The translations under genes and the position numbers were made by a program. From Histomonas meleagridis 2922-C6/04-290x (Eukaryota > Protista > Parabasalia): a stretch of 64,000 nucleotides of DNA. Below are positions 1 to 9,477 of the stretch, piece after piece. Position 1 is the stretch's first letter. Each line of letters opens with the position of its first letter. The notes beneath the pieces were generated by a model, which did not search any database, was not told where the DNA came from, and saw only the letters and a program-made list of their open reading frames with translations. The DNA lies in assembly GCA_020184695.1 (NCBI GenBank), contig JAANOX010000211.1, forward strand, positions 10,815 to 74,814, in the 5' to 3' direction.

Positions 1-176
1 TTTTTAATGTTTTTTTTTTTTTGTTTTGTTTTATAATTGTTAAATTCTTAGTGATATTGCATAAAGTCAAATCAAATAAATAACGTTATTAGTTTTCGAT
101 CGAAATTTTTGGCTAAAATTGTCAACGATCAAAAACTTTGCGAAATTTCGGTAACAAATAAAACCGACAAAACAAA

Positions 177-1352
177 ATGCAAGCGTATCCCAATCAATCG
201 CCACCAGTGCAAACAATCCCAAGAACTGTATACATCCGTGTGCGTAAAGTCTATATTCCAGGGAGCCATCGTAGTATCCAAAAAAATCTTTTCATTCAAA
301 ATCTCCCCGAAGGATCTGGTGTTATTTCACCTCTTGGACCATCACAAGTTCACAACTTCTATATTACTAATTCTGTCCCTGCATTTCGCTACACCAGTAG
401 TTCAATAGCCCAAGTTTCATTCAAAATTATGGAAATGAGGCAAGGATATGGCGAGTTCGAAATTTCGAAAATGATTCTTCCTCTTGGTTGGTTTGCACCA
501 AATATGGTTACACATTATGTTTTTCCATTTATTACAAAAACACCTGAAAAAGGTCAACCAATGATTGAACTTGATGTTCATCTTTCTGAAAACAATTCAC
601 CTCCATTTATCGCACCACAAGGCAATCTTTTGGTTATGCCAATGTGGCAAATACCACCCGAACTTAACGTAGATTTACAACGTCAACCTCGTAAAGAAAA
701 CTACGCTAGGCCAGGTTATCCAGCTGGTCCTCAAGTAGCCTCTACAAAGCAAAAGAGTTCACATAAAGCACCAAAGACGAAGAAAAGCAATCAAAAAATA
801 TATGCAAAAATTTCAAGTGATTCTGAAGATGAACTTGAAACACTTGATCACCGTACAGAAGAGCAACTTTCTAATTTTCAGAAAGTACCTGTGAGGCAGC
901 AACAATACCAACCACCTCAACAACAATACCAACCACCTCAACAACAGTACCAATCACAGCCGCCTATGCAACAACAGAAACAGCCGCCTATGCAACAATA
1001 TCAACCACAGCCGCCTATGCAACCACAACAGCAGTTATATCAAACGCCACAGCCACCAATGCAACCACAACAGCATTACCAAGCACCGCCACAGCAGCAA
1101 CAGCAACAAGCGCCACCTCAGATACAATATCCACAGCCACCAATGGTTCCGCCACAGCAGCATAAGGATTTTTTGGATGATTTTGAAGAGATCGACCAGA
1201 AGCAGCCCAACTCAACACAAGCGAATGCTTCAAACAATGAACATAGCCAAAACGAAGCAGACAAAGCCATTCCAGATCAAGTCGAATGCGTTGAGTACTC
1301 ATCATCTGAAGAATACTATGAAGAACCTAAAAGAGTTGCGGTGCCACAGTAA
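177..1352 (+). CDS. Hypothetical protein, N-terminal C2-like beta domain plus Q/P-rich low-complexity tail
   Basis: 391-aa ATG ORF; globular N-terminus (LPLGWF...LDVHL...PFIAPQGNL) resembles a parabasalid C2-like family (from recall); QQQYQPP repeats. Confidence 0.75.
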   Translation: MQAYPNQSPPVQTIPRTVYIRVRKVYIPGSHRSIQKNLFIQNLPEGSGVISPLGPSQVHNFYITNSVPAFRYTSSSIAQVSFKIMEMRQGYGEFEISKMILPLGWFAPNMVTHYVFPFITKTPEKGQPMIELDVHLSENNSPPFIAPQGNLLVMPMWQIPPELNVDLQRQPRKENYARPGYPAGPQVASTKQKSSHKAPKTKKSNQKIYAKISSDSEDELETLDHRTEEQLSNFQKVPVRQQQYQPPQQQYQPPQQQYQSQPPMQQQKQPPMQQYQPQPPMQPQQQLYQTPQPPMQPQQHYQAPPQQQQQQAPPQIQYPQPPMVPPQQHKDFLDDFEEIDQKQPNSTQANASNNEHSQNEADKAIPDQVECVEYSSSEEYYEEPKRVAVPQ

Positions 1353-1518
1353 ACAAGAACTAATTCATTTTTTAGATCGGAGTTTAATGTATTTCTAATA
1401 ATAGAAAACAATTTTACGTAAAAGTTCTGAATTTTGTGTTTGCTCAGGCCAATTTAAGACTTTAGAATTGCAAATTCAAACAGTGATCATGATTATCGTT
1501 TTATTTATCATCAGCTTC

Positions 1519-4500
1519 TCACTTACCACCTGTCTTCTTTAATAAAGAGTCAACATAAGCCGGATTGAGAGAAATTTCAATGTCTTCGTCTTTTGATGGT
1601 TGCCTAGAATGAGTTGGTGTTGAAGATGGAGAAGAACGTGGCGAAGATTTCGGTGAAGAATATGCAACTGCTGTTTGCGTATTAAAAGTTGAATGAGCCT
1701 TACGGTTTGCATCTTGACGTGACTTATTGGCGGCTTGTGCGCGCTTCATTCGCTCCATTTGTGCCTGCCTTGCTTTATCAATCTGTTCTTGTGCTGATGC
1801 TGATTTTGTTGTTTCTTCTTTACTTGGAGAAGCCTTGATAGTAGGTTTAGGTTTAGGTTGTTCTGGCTTGACAAATTCTTGTGCCTTTCTGAGAGCTTCA
1901 ATGCGCTGCTGAATAGCGCTTTTAGGTTTGGGTGGTTGAGAAGGACTTGCAGGTTTGGTTTCTGCCTTCTTTTTCGCTTCTTCTTCAGCTCTACGCTTGG
2001 CTTCTTCCTCAGCTTTACGTTTAGCTTCTTCTTCAGCTTTCTTCTTTGCTTCTTCTTCTGCCTTACGTTTGGCTTCTTCTTCTGCCTTCTTTTTCGCTTC
2101 TTCTTCAGCCTTCTTCTTTGCTTCTTCTTCTGCCTTACGCTTGGCTTCTTCTTCAGCTTTACGTTTAGCTTCTTCTTCTGCCTTCTTCTTTGCTTCTTCT
2201 TCTGCCTTACGTTTGGCTTCTTCTTCTGCCTTCTTTTTCGCTTCTTCTTCAGCCTTCTTCTTTGCTTCTTCTTCAGCTTTACGCTTGGCTTCTTCCTCAG
2301 CTTTACGTTTGGCTTCTTCTTCAGCCTTCTTCTTGGCTTCTTCTTCAGCTTTCTTCTTTGCTTCTTCTTCTGCCTTACGCTTGGCTTCTTCTTCAGCTTT
2401 ACGTTTAGCTTCTTCTTCAGCTTTACGCTTGGCTTCTTCTTCAGCTTTACGTTTGGCTTCTTCTTCTGCCTTCTTCTTTGCTTCTTCTTCTGCCTTACGT
2501 TTGGCTTCTTCTTCAGCTTTCTTCTTTGCTTCTTCTTCTGCCTTACGTTTGGCTTCTTCTTCAGCCTTCTTCTTGGCTTCTTCTTCTGCCTTACGTTTGG
2601 CTTCTTCTTCAGCCTTCTTCTTGGCTTCTTCTTCTGCCTTACGTTTGGCTTCTTCTTCAGCTTTCTTCTTTGCTTCTTCTTCTGCCTTACGTTTGGCTTC
2701 TTCTTCTGCCTTACGTTTGGCTTCTTCTTCTGCCTTCTTCTTTGCTTCTTCTTCAGCTCTACGCTTGGCTTCTTCCTCAGCTTTACGTTTAGCTTCTTCT
2801 TCAGCTTTACGTTTGGCTTCTTCTTCAGCTTTCTTCTTGGCTTCTTCTTCTGCCTTCTTTTTCGCTTCTTCTTCAGCCTTCTTCTTTGCTTCTTCTTCAG
2901 CTTTACGCTTGGCTTCTTCCTCAGCTTTACGTTTGGCTTCTTCTTCAGCCTTCTTCTTTGCTTCTTCTTCTGCCTTACGTTTGGCTTCTTCCTCAGCCTT
3001 CTTCTTTGCTTCTTCCTCAGCTTGAGTGTCAACTTTTCTTAATTGAACCTTTTGGAAGGCAGCTTGCTCTTCTTGTTTCTCTTTCTCAGTTGGTTCAACT
3101 TTACGTAATGATACATTAATTCCTGGAGCTGATTCTTCTTTCTTTGGTTCTGGTCCTTTTGTATTATCAACTTTACGTAATGATACATTAATTCCTGGAG
3201 CTGATTCTTCTTTCTTTGGTTCTGGTCCTTTTGTATTATCGACTTTACGTAATGATACATTAATTCCTGGAGCTGATTCTTCTTTCTTTGGTTCTGGTCC
3301 TTTTGTATTATCAACTTTACGTAATGATACATTAATTCCTGGAGCTGATTCTTCTTTCTTTGGTTCTGGTCCTTTTGTATTATCAACTTTACGTAATGAT
3401 ACATTAATTCCTGGAGCTGATTCTTCTTTCTTTGGTTCTGGTCCTTTTTGTATTATCAACTTTACGTAATGATACATTAATTCCTGGAGCTGATTCTTCT
3501 TTCTTTGGTTCTGGTCCTTTTGTATTATCGACTTTACGTAATGATACATTAATTCCTGGAGCTGATTCTTCTTTCTTTGGTTCTGGTCCTTTTGTATTAT
3601 CAACTTTACGTAATGATACATTAATTCCTGGAGATGATTCTTCTTTCTTTGGTTCTGGCTCCTTTGCGCCACCAACCTTTCTGAGATGTGGGAATGCTGG
3701 TCCTGAAGGAGCTTCTTCCTTTTGTTGTGCTGTCGGTTGTGTTGTCTTCACTTTTCTCAAGTTGCCCCACATTGGTGCTGCTGGTGCATCAGACTTTCCT
3801 TGTGGTTCCTTTGGTTCTGCGTCATTTGGACGATTTACTTTTCTGAGTTGTACTGCAATATGTGGCTGTTCTGTTTCCTTTGTTTGTTTCTTTAGATTGT
3901 CGAAACTAGCTTTATTACCACCTCCTGCTCTTCTTTTTGCAAGTGCGCCGGCTAGAGCTGCTTGGAATGAATCCATTGGCTTGGCATCTGCTGCTGCAGC
4001 TGTTGGAGGAGGCCTTTCTGGTGGTGGAGCTACTTTCTTTAATTTTGGCATTTGACCTGGAATTAATGCCATTCCGCCAGAAGGTGGTTTTTTGAATATT
4101 GCAGAAGCACCCTTTGATGAAGATGAAGAAGGTGGTGGAGGTGGTGGAGGAGGTGGTGGAGGAGGTGGTGGAGGTGGAGGTGGAGGTGGTGCACCACCAG
4201 CATCCATTGGCTGTGGTTCTGGTTCTGGTTCAGGAGCTGGTTCAGGAGCTGGTTCTGGTGCAGGGGGTAAAGTTGGAGGTGGGGGTGGTGGTGCTTGCAC
4301 TGGAGCAGGTCTTGGAGCACCCATTGCAGGCATTGGAGCACCCATTGGACGTGGTGCACCCATTGCAGGCATTGGTGCACCCATAGGGCGAGGTGCTGCA
4401 CCACCAGATGGTTTAGGACCTCCCATTGGTTTTGGTGGAGTAATTTGTGCAGCAAACATTGCATTCAACCTTGACTTGAAGTCCATTGGTTTTTCCTCTT

Positions 4501-4693
4501 TTGGAGGAGGTCTCTCAGGTGGTGGAGCAACTTTTCTTAATTTTGGAAATTGACCTGGAATTAAAGCACCACCGCTTGGAGGTTTCTTGAATATTTTAGC
4601 AGCACTACTTGTTGACGATGAAGGAGCAGGTGGGGGAGGTGGGGGAGGTGGTGGTGGGGGTGGTGGGGGTGGAGGTGGAACATCTTCAGACAT
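1519..4693 (-). CDS. Poly-proline, multi-WH2(LRKV) protein with a long (AEEEAKK/RK)n single-alpha-helix region; about 1057 aa; split into two ORFs by one extra T at 3445-3449
   Basis: ORFs 3404..4762 and 1519..3675 join across a T5 run where the six other repeat junctions have T4; likely start ATG 4693 (MSEDVPPP) follows an Inr-like TCATTTT. Confidence 0.8.
1963..3025 (-). repeat. 24-bp coding tandem repeat, about 44 copies (AEEEAKKK/AEEEAKRK)
   Basis: Directly visible tandem array. Confidence 0.95.
3097..3660 (-). repeat. 72-bp coding tandem repeat, 8 copies (KGPEPKKEESAPGINVSLRKVDNT)
   Basis: Near-identical 72-nt period (e.g. TTCCTGGAG at 3120 and 3192). Confidence 0.95.
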
Positions 4694-5323
4694 CCTAAAA
4701 TGAAGTAAATACGATAAGGACTTTGGATAATAAACTTTATAAAAAGTTTTTTCTGGCCTCATATTTGAATTGACTTTGCGGTTATATTGAATTTCATGGG
4801 GGACAATTCACGTTCGCCAAAGTCCGTTCAATTTAAATTCAAATTTATTCTTGAGGTTTTTAAATTTTATTCTCCCCATCTAACATAAAGTATCTTAAAT
4901 TATATTTATATAGTTTTATTACGATTAATAAGAGAAACAAAAAGCAAAAATATTGTTTGTTTATTAAGAATAAACACTAAAATTCAAAGGGTTTTTTTCA
5001 ATTTGATCGTGGCCGTTTAAAAAATGTGGATAACATGCTAACCGTTGGTTTTACATCTTTTCAAATTCTTTGTCTAACTGGATGAGAGTTCAATCATTGG
5101 TCATAGAGAAGTTTTTTCATTATCCAATTTTTATATGAGTTGAAAAAATGACTATTTGGAGAGAGATGTACGTTTAATATATATAACTATGAGCGAAAAA
5201 ACTGTCTTTGTTGTTTCAACAAAAATATCGGTTATTGAGTTCTGCCCTTCCTTTGACCAATTATGCATTCAAAGACATTAGATTACAAGAAATTGAAGCT
5301 TTAGTAAATTTAATTTTAAAAAT

Positions 5324-5520
5324 CAGGGTGGGTTCAAATGTCCATTTTTCGAAATTTTGTCCACAGCAGAAAGATAATTGTGGGGTTTGTGGGAAAACGT
5401 TCTCTTAATAAACATCTGAATACATCATGGTGTATTGAAAAAGTTGGATAGGTGAAGGGATTTCACTTGTAGGGATTTCCTCGCACAAGAGGTCAAAAGA
5501 TTTTCCAAAAATCCACCCTA
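5324..5520. mobile_element. hAT-type MITE, 197 bp
   Basis: Termini CAGGGTGGGTT / TAGGGTGGATT (reverse complement); perfect 8-bp TSD TTAAAAAT at 5316-5323 and 5521-5528. Confidence 0.85.
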
Positions 5521-5641
5521 TTAAAAATATCTCATATGAGATTTAAGCTTGATTTTTGATTCATAAAAAAATTTATATATAAATTAAACTATGAATTAGA
5601 AAAACATATATTTTAAGATGAAAATCACCATATTTCTATTT

Positions 5642-6490
5642 CTAATAAGAATCTGTACTTACAAACTCATCACCAATGTTAACGCTAAAGAACGGAGCAT
5701 TTTCTTCACTTCTTTCGACACCTGACTTTCGTTCTTCTTTCCGCCAAAAGAAAAAATTAATAGTACCAGTGACTTGGAAGAATATCATAAGTCCAACAGC
5801 AACCGCAATGAATATTGCAAACCTTATTGAAACTTGTTTGTTGTGTTGCTGGATTGTGGTACATTCTTCAATCATATTTAAAACTGAGGTTCGATTAATG
5901 TTTGAAGGAATTTGAAAGGTGCTGCAATTTCCTTTGGATTTAACAGAACTGTACCTTAGCTTAAAGAAGAGAGTTTCTGGATTGATAATTCTGAAAAAAA
6001 ATGGTTCACCAAGTGGATATTGGCAATTAATTTTTTGTCTAGGAACAGTTGGTTTACACTGGTATTTAGGATTTGATGAGCTATTAACAAAAAATTGAAT
6101 AGAAAATAAGCTTGTTGACATTGCTTCGATTTCCACTAAATTACTAGAAAATTCCCTGCCAGAGAAGAAGCACACATCAGAATTTGCAGATATCATCCCA
6201 TTTGACGTGATAATAAATGGTGAATCAAAGAAATATTCTCCCGATTTACATAAATCTTGTGAAAAATCCCAATAAGAAAAACAGGTGTGCTTTTCAAATT
6301 CTAGAAGTACTTTTGTGCCGGTAAATGATATCGTATTTTTGGTTATTTCTTTTTCTTTTCCTTCAATAATCACCTTGGAATTTGACTGAAAAATAAATAC
6401 ACCTGTTTTATTTGTAAAGTCATGTGTAAAGATTTCATTTGGGCCAACAGTAACATCCCTATAAATTAAGTTGACAACAAACAATATCAT
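5642..6490 (-). CDS. Hypothetical single-pass membrane protein
   Basis: 282-aa ORF; hydrophobic N-terminus and C-terminal TM (FAIFIAVAVGLMIFFQV). Confidence 0.75.
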   Translation of the reverse strand: MILFVVNLIYRDVTVGPNEIFTHDFTNKTGVFIFQSNSKVIIEGKEKEITKNTISFTGTKVLLEFEKHTCFSYWDFSQDLCKSGEYFFDSPFIITSNGMISANSDVCFFSGREFSSNLVEIEAMSTSLFSIQFFVNSSSNPKYQCKPTVPRQKINCQYPLGEPFFFRIINPETLFFKLRYSSVKSKGNCSTFQIPSNINRTSVLNMIEECTTIQQHNKQVSIRFAIFIAVAVGLMIFFQVTGTINFFFWRKEERKSGVERSEENAPFFSVNIGDEFVSTDSY

Positions 6491-6963
6491 TATGATACTG
6501 AATTTTTTATCGGTTTGATTTCAATTTATCTATCGTTACTTGGACGATAGGAAATGGGCTTCACTTCAGTATGTAGTCAGACCAGACATTTTTAAATACA
6601 CAACAGAAATATCAAACCAAATTTTAATATTACTAAAGTATTTTAAATTTTAAAAATATTTTCATTCAATGACCGACCGGAAAACTAATATTAATATTGA
6701 ATACAATAAATATATTTTTACTCATTTTTACCAAAAAACGAAGGTTAATCAATAAACTTGACTCAAGAATCTTGTGGAAAAATTGAATTTTCTTATAATT
6801 TTATGAAGAAGTAATAAATTTTTATAGTACATAAAATGACTTCTAATGTGGAAGCAAAATATGAATGTGAATTTTAACCATTTTTTTTTTTAACTTATGA
6901 TTCTTAAACATATTTTAAAATTACCTTATAGATATCACTGTTATTATTTCATTAATTTTATCC

Positions 6964-7010
6964 AAAAAAAAAAAAAAAAAAAATAAAAAAAAAAAAAAAT
7001 AAAAAAAATA
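6964..7010. repeat. Interrupted poly(A) tract, about 47 nt
   Basis: Visible A run broken by three T residues. Confidence 0.9.
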
Positions 7011-7106
7011 ATTTCACATATTAAAATAATATTTATGTTACATGAATGTATTCATAAAAATAAATTAAGCTTAAATTTTGATTAAAATAGAAACACATAT
7101 TTTATT

Positions 7107-8510
7107 TTAATTTTTGATAACAAATCCTTTTTTATCGGCATAGTGTTTCTTCATCCATTTCTTATCAAAATGTTTTAATGGATGAGCCTCTGTTGTGAAC
7201 ACGTATTCATCAAGCGGAATAACGCTCGAATTCGAGAACAGTAAATATGCGTATTTGAATGTTTCGGCAAGTAAAAATGAATCTTGGATATCTTCGATTC
7301 CCAAATTCGGATTATTTACATTTCTTAATTCGCCAAATCCGAAATTAGCTCTACAATTTCTAATTACACTTTCTATCACTTTCCAGCCTCTTTCTCTCCA
7401 TATTTCATCACCAGTAAATCTATATAAATAAAAACAACTTTCAATGTATTCTGGTCTTAATTTGTATTCGGGATTAATAAAAACAATTTTATTATCCTTT
7501 GTTAATTCGAAAGCATCACCCATTAAACCTGTGTTCGTTTGGTTGTGCCATTTTGCAGCAGTCTCTCCAAGTTTTATTGCAAGTTCAATATCAGATTCAT
7601 CAATATATTTAGAACCAAGTGAAATCATTCCTGGTATAAAGAAAGATAAATAACTTAAACTGTTGTCAGGAATGGAATCTTTTGTACGAACAACATATGT
7701 ATATTCGGGACCTTCTCTAAGTAAATATTTCCGAATTCCATTAATGCTATCTTTATAAAGTTCCTTACATCTGACACATTGGCCATCAGTAAGAATAAAT
7801 AACTTGAGAAGATACTCATAGAATGAATCGCCATATGCATCGAAGGAAAAGTCGAGGCTAGCAAAAGAGCCTGTATTAAAGTCAATGCGAAGAGGCCATA
7901 GGCCATCAAAATTCTTGTGCGTGAAAAAGAAATCAAGAATATTATCAGAAATGTTGAGGAATAGTTCATTTCCTGAATGTTGTGATAAGGTCATTAATTC
8001 TGGTGAAAGGGAACCAGCATGTGAAAGAAAAGTAGAACGTGGAGCCCAGCCCCAAGATGATGGAGTACCAGCAGTCATGTCAATGTTGGGAATTGGTAGT
8101 TTTGTTGGTGTATTAAAGGAAATTAATAATTTGGTAGCAAATGTTTCAGCAATTTTAAGAAGGGAATTGCGGCCTGATAGCTGGTAAGCTGACATGAGCC
8201 CCCCAATAACTCGTATTATTAGTTCGAACACTGAACCAGATGCTACATATTCAAAATTTTTTTCGAGAAAATCAACAGCTTCGTTAAATTCATCTTTCAT
8301 GCCAAAGATCCATAATGTATCAAGACTGTCAATTAATGTAAGTGATGCGTTTAACCAATTTGATCCTTTACATGAAATTGGCTGAAGAAAATCTTTGCCG
8401 AAAGCACATTTTTTGTACCCATCCCATGACACAGCAAATGCATTTTTGACTTTGGAGAGCTTACTTGAATCTTCTGGAAGCAGGATGTTGAGTAAAAATA
8501 ATAAAATCAT
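7107..8510 (-). CDS. Glycosyl hydrolase family 47 alpha-1,2-mannosidase
   Basis: Motifs FELIIRVIGGL, DSFYEYLLK, RPEYIES, AETFKY, TEAHP; likely start MILLFLL at 8510 because the longer ORF start overlaps tRNA-Glu. Confidence 0.92.
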   Translation of the reverse strand: MILLFLLNILLPEDSSKLSKVKNAFAVSWDGYKKCAFGKDFLQPISCKGSNWLNASLTLIDSLDTLWIFGMKDEFNEAVDFLEKNFEYVASGSVFELIIRVIGGLMSAYQLSGRNSLLKIAETFATKLLISFNTPTKLPIPNIDMTAGTPSSWGWAPRSTFLSHAGSLSPELMTLSQHSGNELFLNISDNILDFFFTHKNFDGLWPLRIDFNTGSFASLDFSFDAYGDSFYEYLLKLFILTDGQCVRCKELYKDSINGIRKYLLREGPEYTYVVRTKDSIPDNSLSYLSFFIPGMISLGSKYIDESDIELAIKLGETAAKWHNQTNTGLMGDAFELTKDNKIVFINPEYKLRPEYIESCFYLYRFTGDEIWRERGWKVIESVIRNCRANFGFGELRNVNNPNLGIEDIQDSFLLAETFKYAYLLFSNSSVIPLDEYVFTTEAHPLKHFDKKWMKKHYADKKGFVIKN

Positions 8511-8606
8511 ATCCCTTTTGTTGGGATAAAGGTACATGACGATAAAAATATTATGTGCTTTTTGCATATTATCATCATGTATAAACTGTATTTTATAATT
8601 ATGAAT

Positions 8607-8678
8607 TCCGATATCGTTCATCGGTTAGGATATGTGGTTTTCATCCACGGGAGCGGGGTTCGACTCCCCGTATCGGAA
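8607..8678 (+). tRNA. tRNA-Glu (TTC)
   Basis: Cloverleaf: acceptor TCCGATA/TATCGGA, anticodon arm TGTGG-TTTTCAT-CCACG, T arm CGGGG-TTCGACT-CCCCG; T run downstream. Confidence 0.95.
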
Positions 8679-9083
8679 AAATTTTTTTATTGATTTGTTT
8701 TTTTGTTCTTTAGATTCTTTCTGTTTTATGTGTTAAGTCTGAATAAAGTATTTTTCTTGATGTTTATTTCTTCTCTATCTCCACGCCAAGGACGTGCTAT
8801 TGCAATTTAATCACATCAATAATAGAACTCATGATTTTGAATATATACTCAAGTTTTAAACGATATTTTTAATTTTTTCATTTTTTTATGATTTTTGTTT
8901 CTATTATAATAGAATCAAAACACGCATTAACCATATTTAAAAAAAGCATATATCTCACTTATTTATTTATTTCGAAGTCTTATAAATTAATAATTTTTCT
9001 AAATTGATTTTCGAAATTTTGAAACTTGGTATGCCCATAAAATTTAATGAGTACAAAATTTATAAACGTGACATGTGTTACGA

Positions 9084-9256
9084 CAGAGGCAATTTGCCAA
9101 AACAGATTAATCTGAAACAGGAACACGCGCCTCTCCTCTCCTGCACAGTAAGGACTGAAGCAGCTTAGGCACAGCGAGACGAGTCGGAAAAACACATTTA
9201 GCGCGTGCGAACCATTCCAATCTTTGACCCAAACAAGAACTTAACTGCAAGCAGTT
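9084..9256. ncRNA. Possible structured RNA or regulatory element (GC-rich island with nested stems)
   Basis: CACGCGC/GCGCGTG stem (9124-9130/9201-9207) enclosing CTGC-A-CAGT-AAGG-ACTG-AA-GCAG; palindromes GGCAA-T-TTGCC and CAGATTAATCTG; TATAAA at 9061. Confidence 0.3.
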
Positions 9257-9477
9257 GATATATTAATATGCTTTTAATTAGAGTTATTTATTAAAAAATT
9301 AATATTTTAGCATACATTAAAATTCATCAAGGATTTCATTATGTAAACTATTCAATGGAGAATTGAATATTTTACACGTACAATGATCGTCAGCTTTTGG
9401 GTAATGTTAAAATTCCAGAACGATGAGCACCAGTTTGGGACAGATTAATTCTGTAATTGTGTTGCATCATGTGAAGT

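Noticed and set aside
3445-3449. Programmed frameshift in the WH2/SAH gene
   Set aside because: One extra T in a homopolymer inside a near-perfect repeat whose six other junctions have T4; most likely a sequencing or assembly error (check reads).
1727-4553. Long antisense and alternate-frame ORFs (F/L/S/A-rich, K/R-rich, G-rich)
   Set aside because: Shadows of the tandem repeats and poly-Pro codons of the real minus-strand gene.
6964-7010. Poly(A) tract as a retroposon tail
   Set aside because: No recognisable upstream element or TSD.
8511-8621. N-terminal ORF extension of GH47 (likewise 53135-53215 for the ankyrin gene)
   Set aside because: The upstream ATGs overlap tRNA genes; downstream ATGs give typical N-termini.
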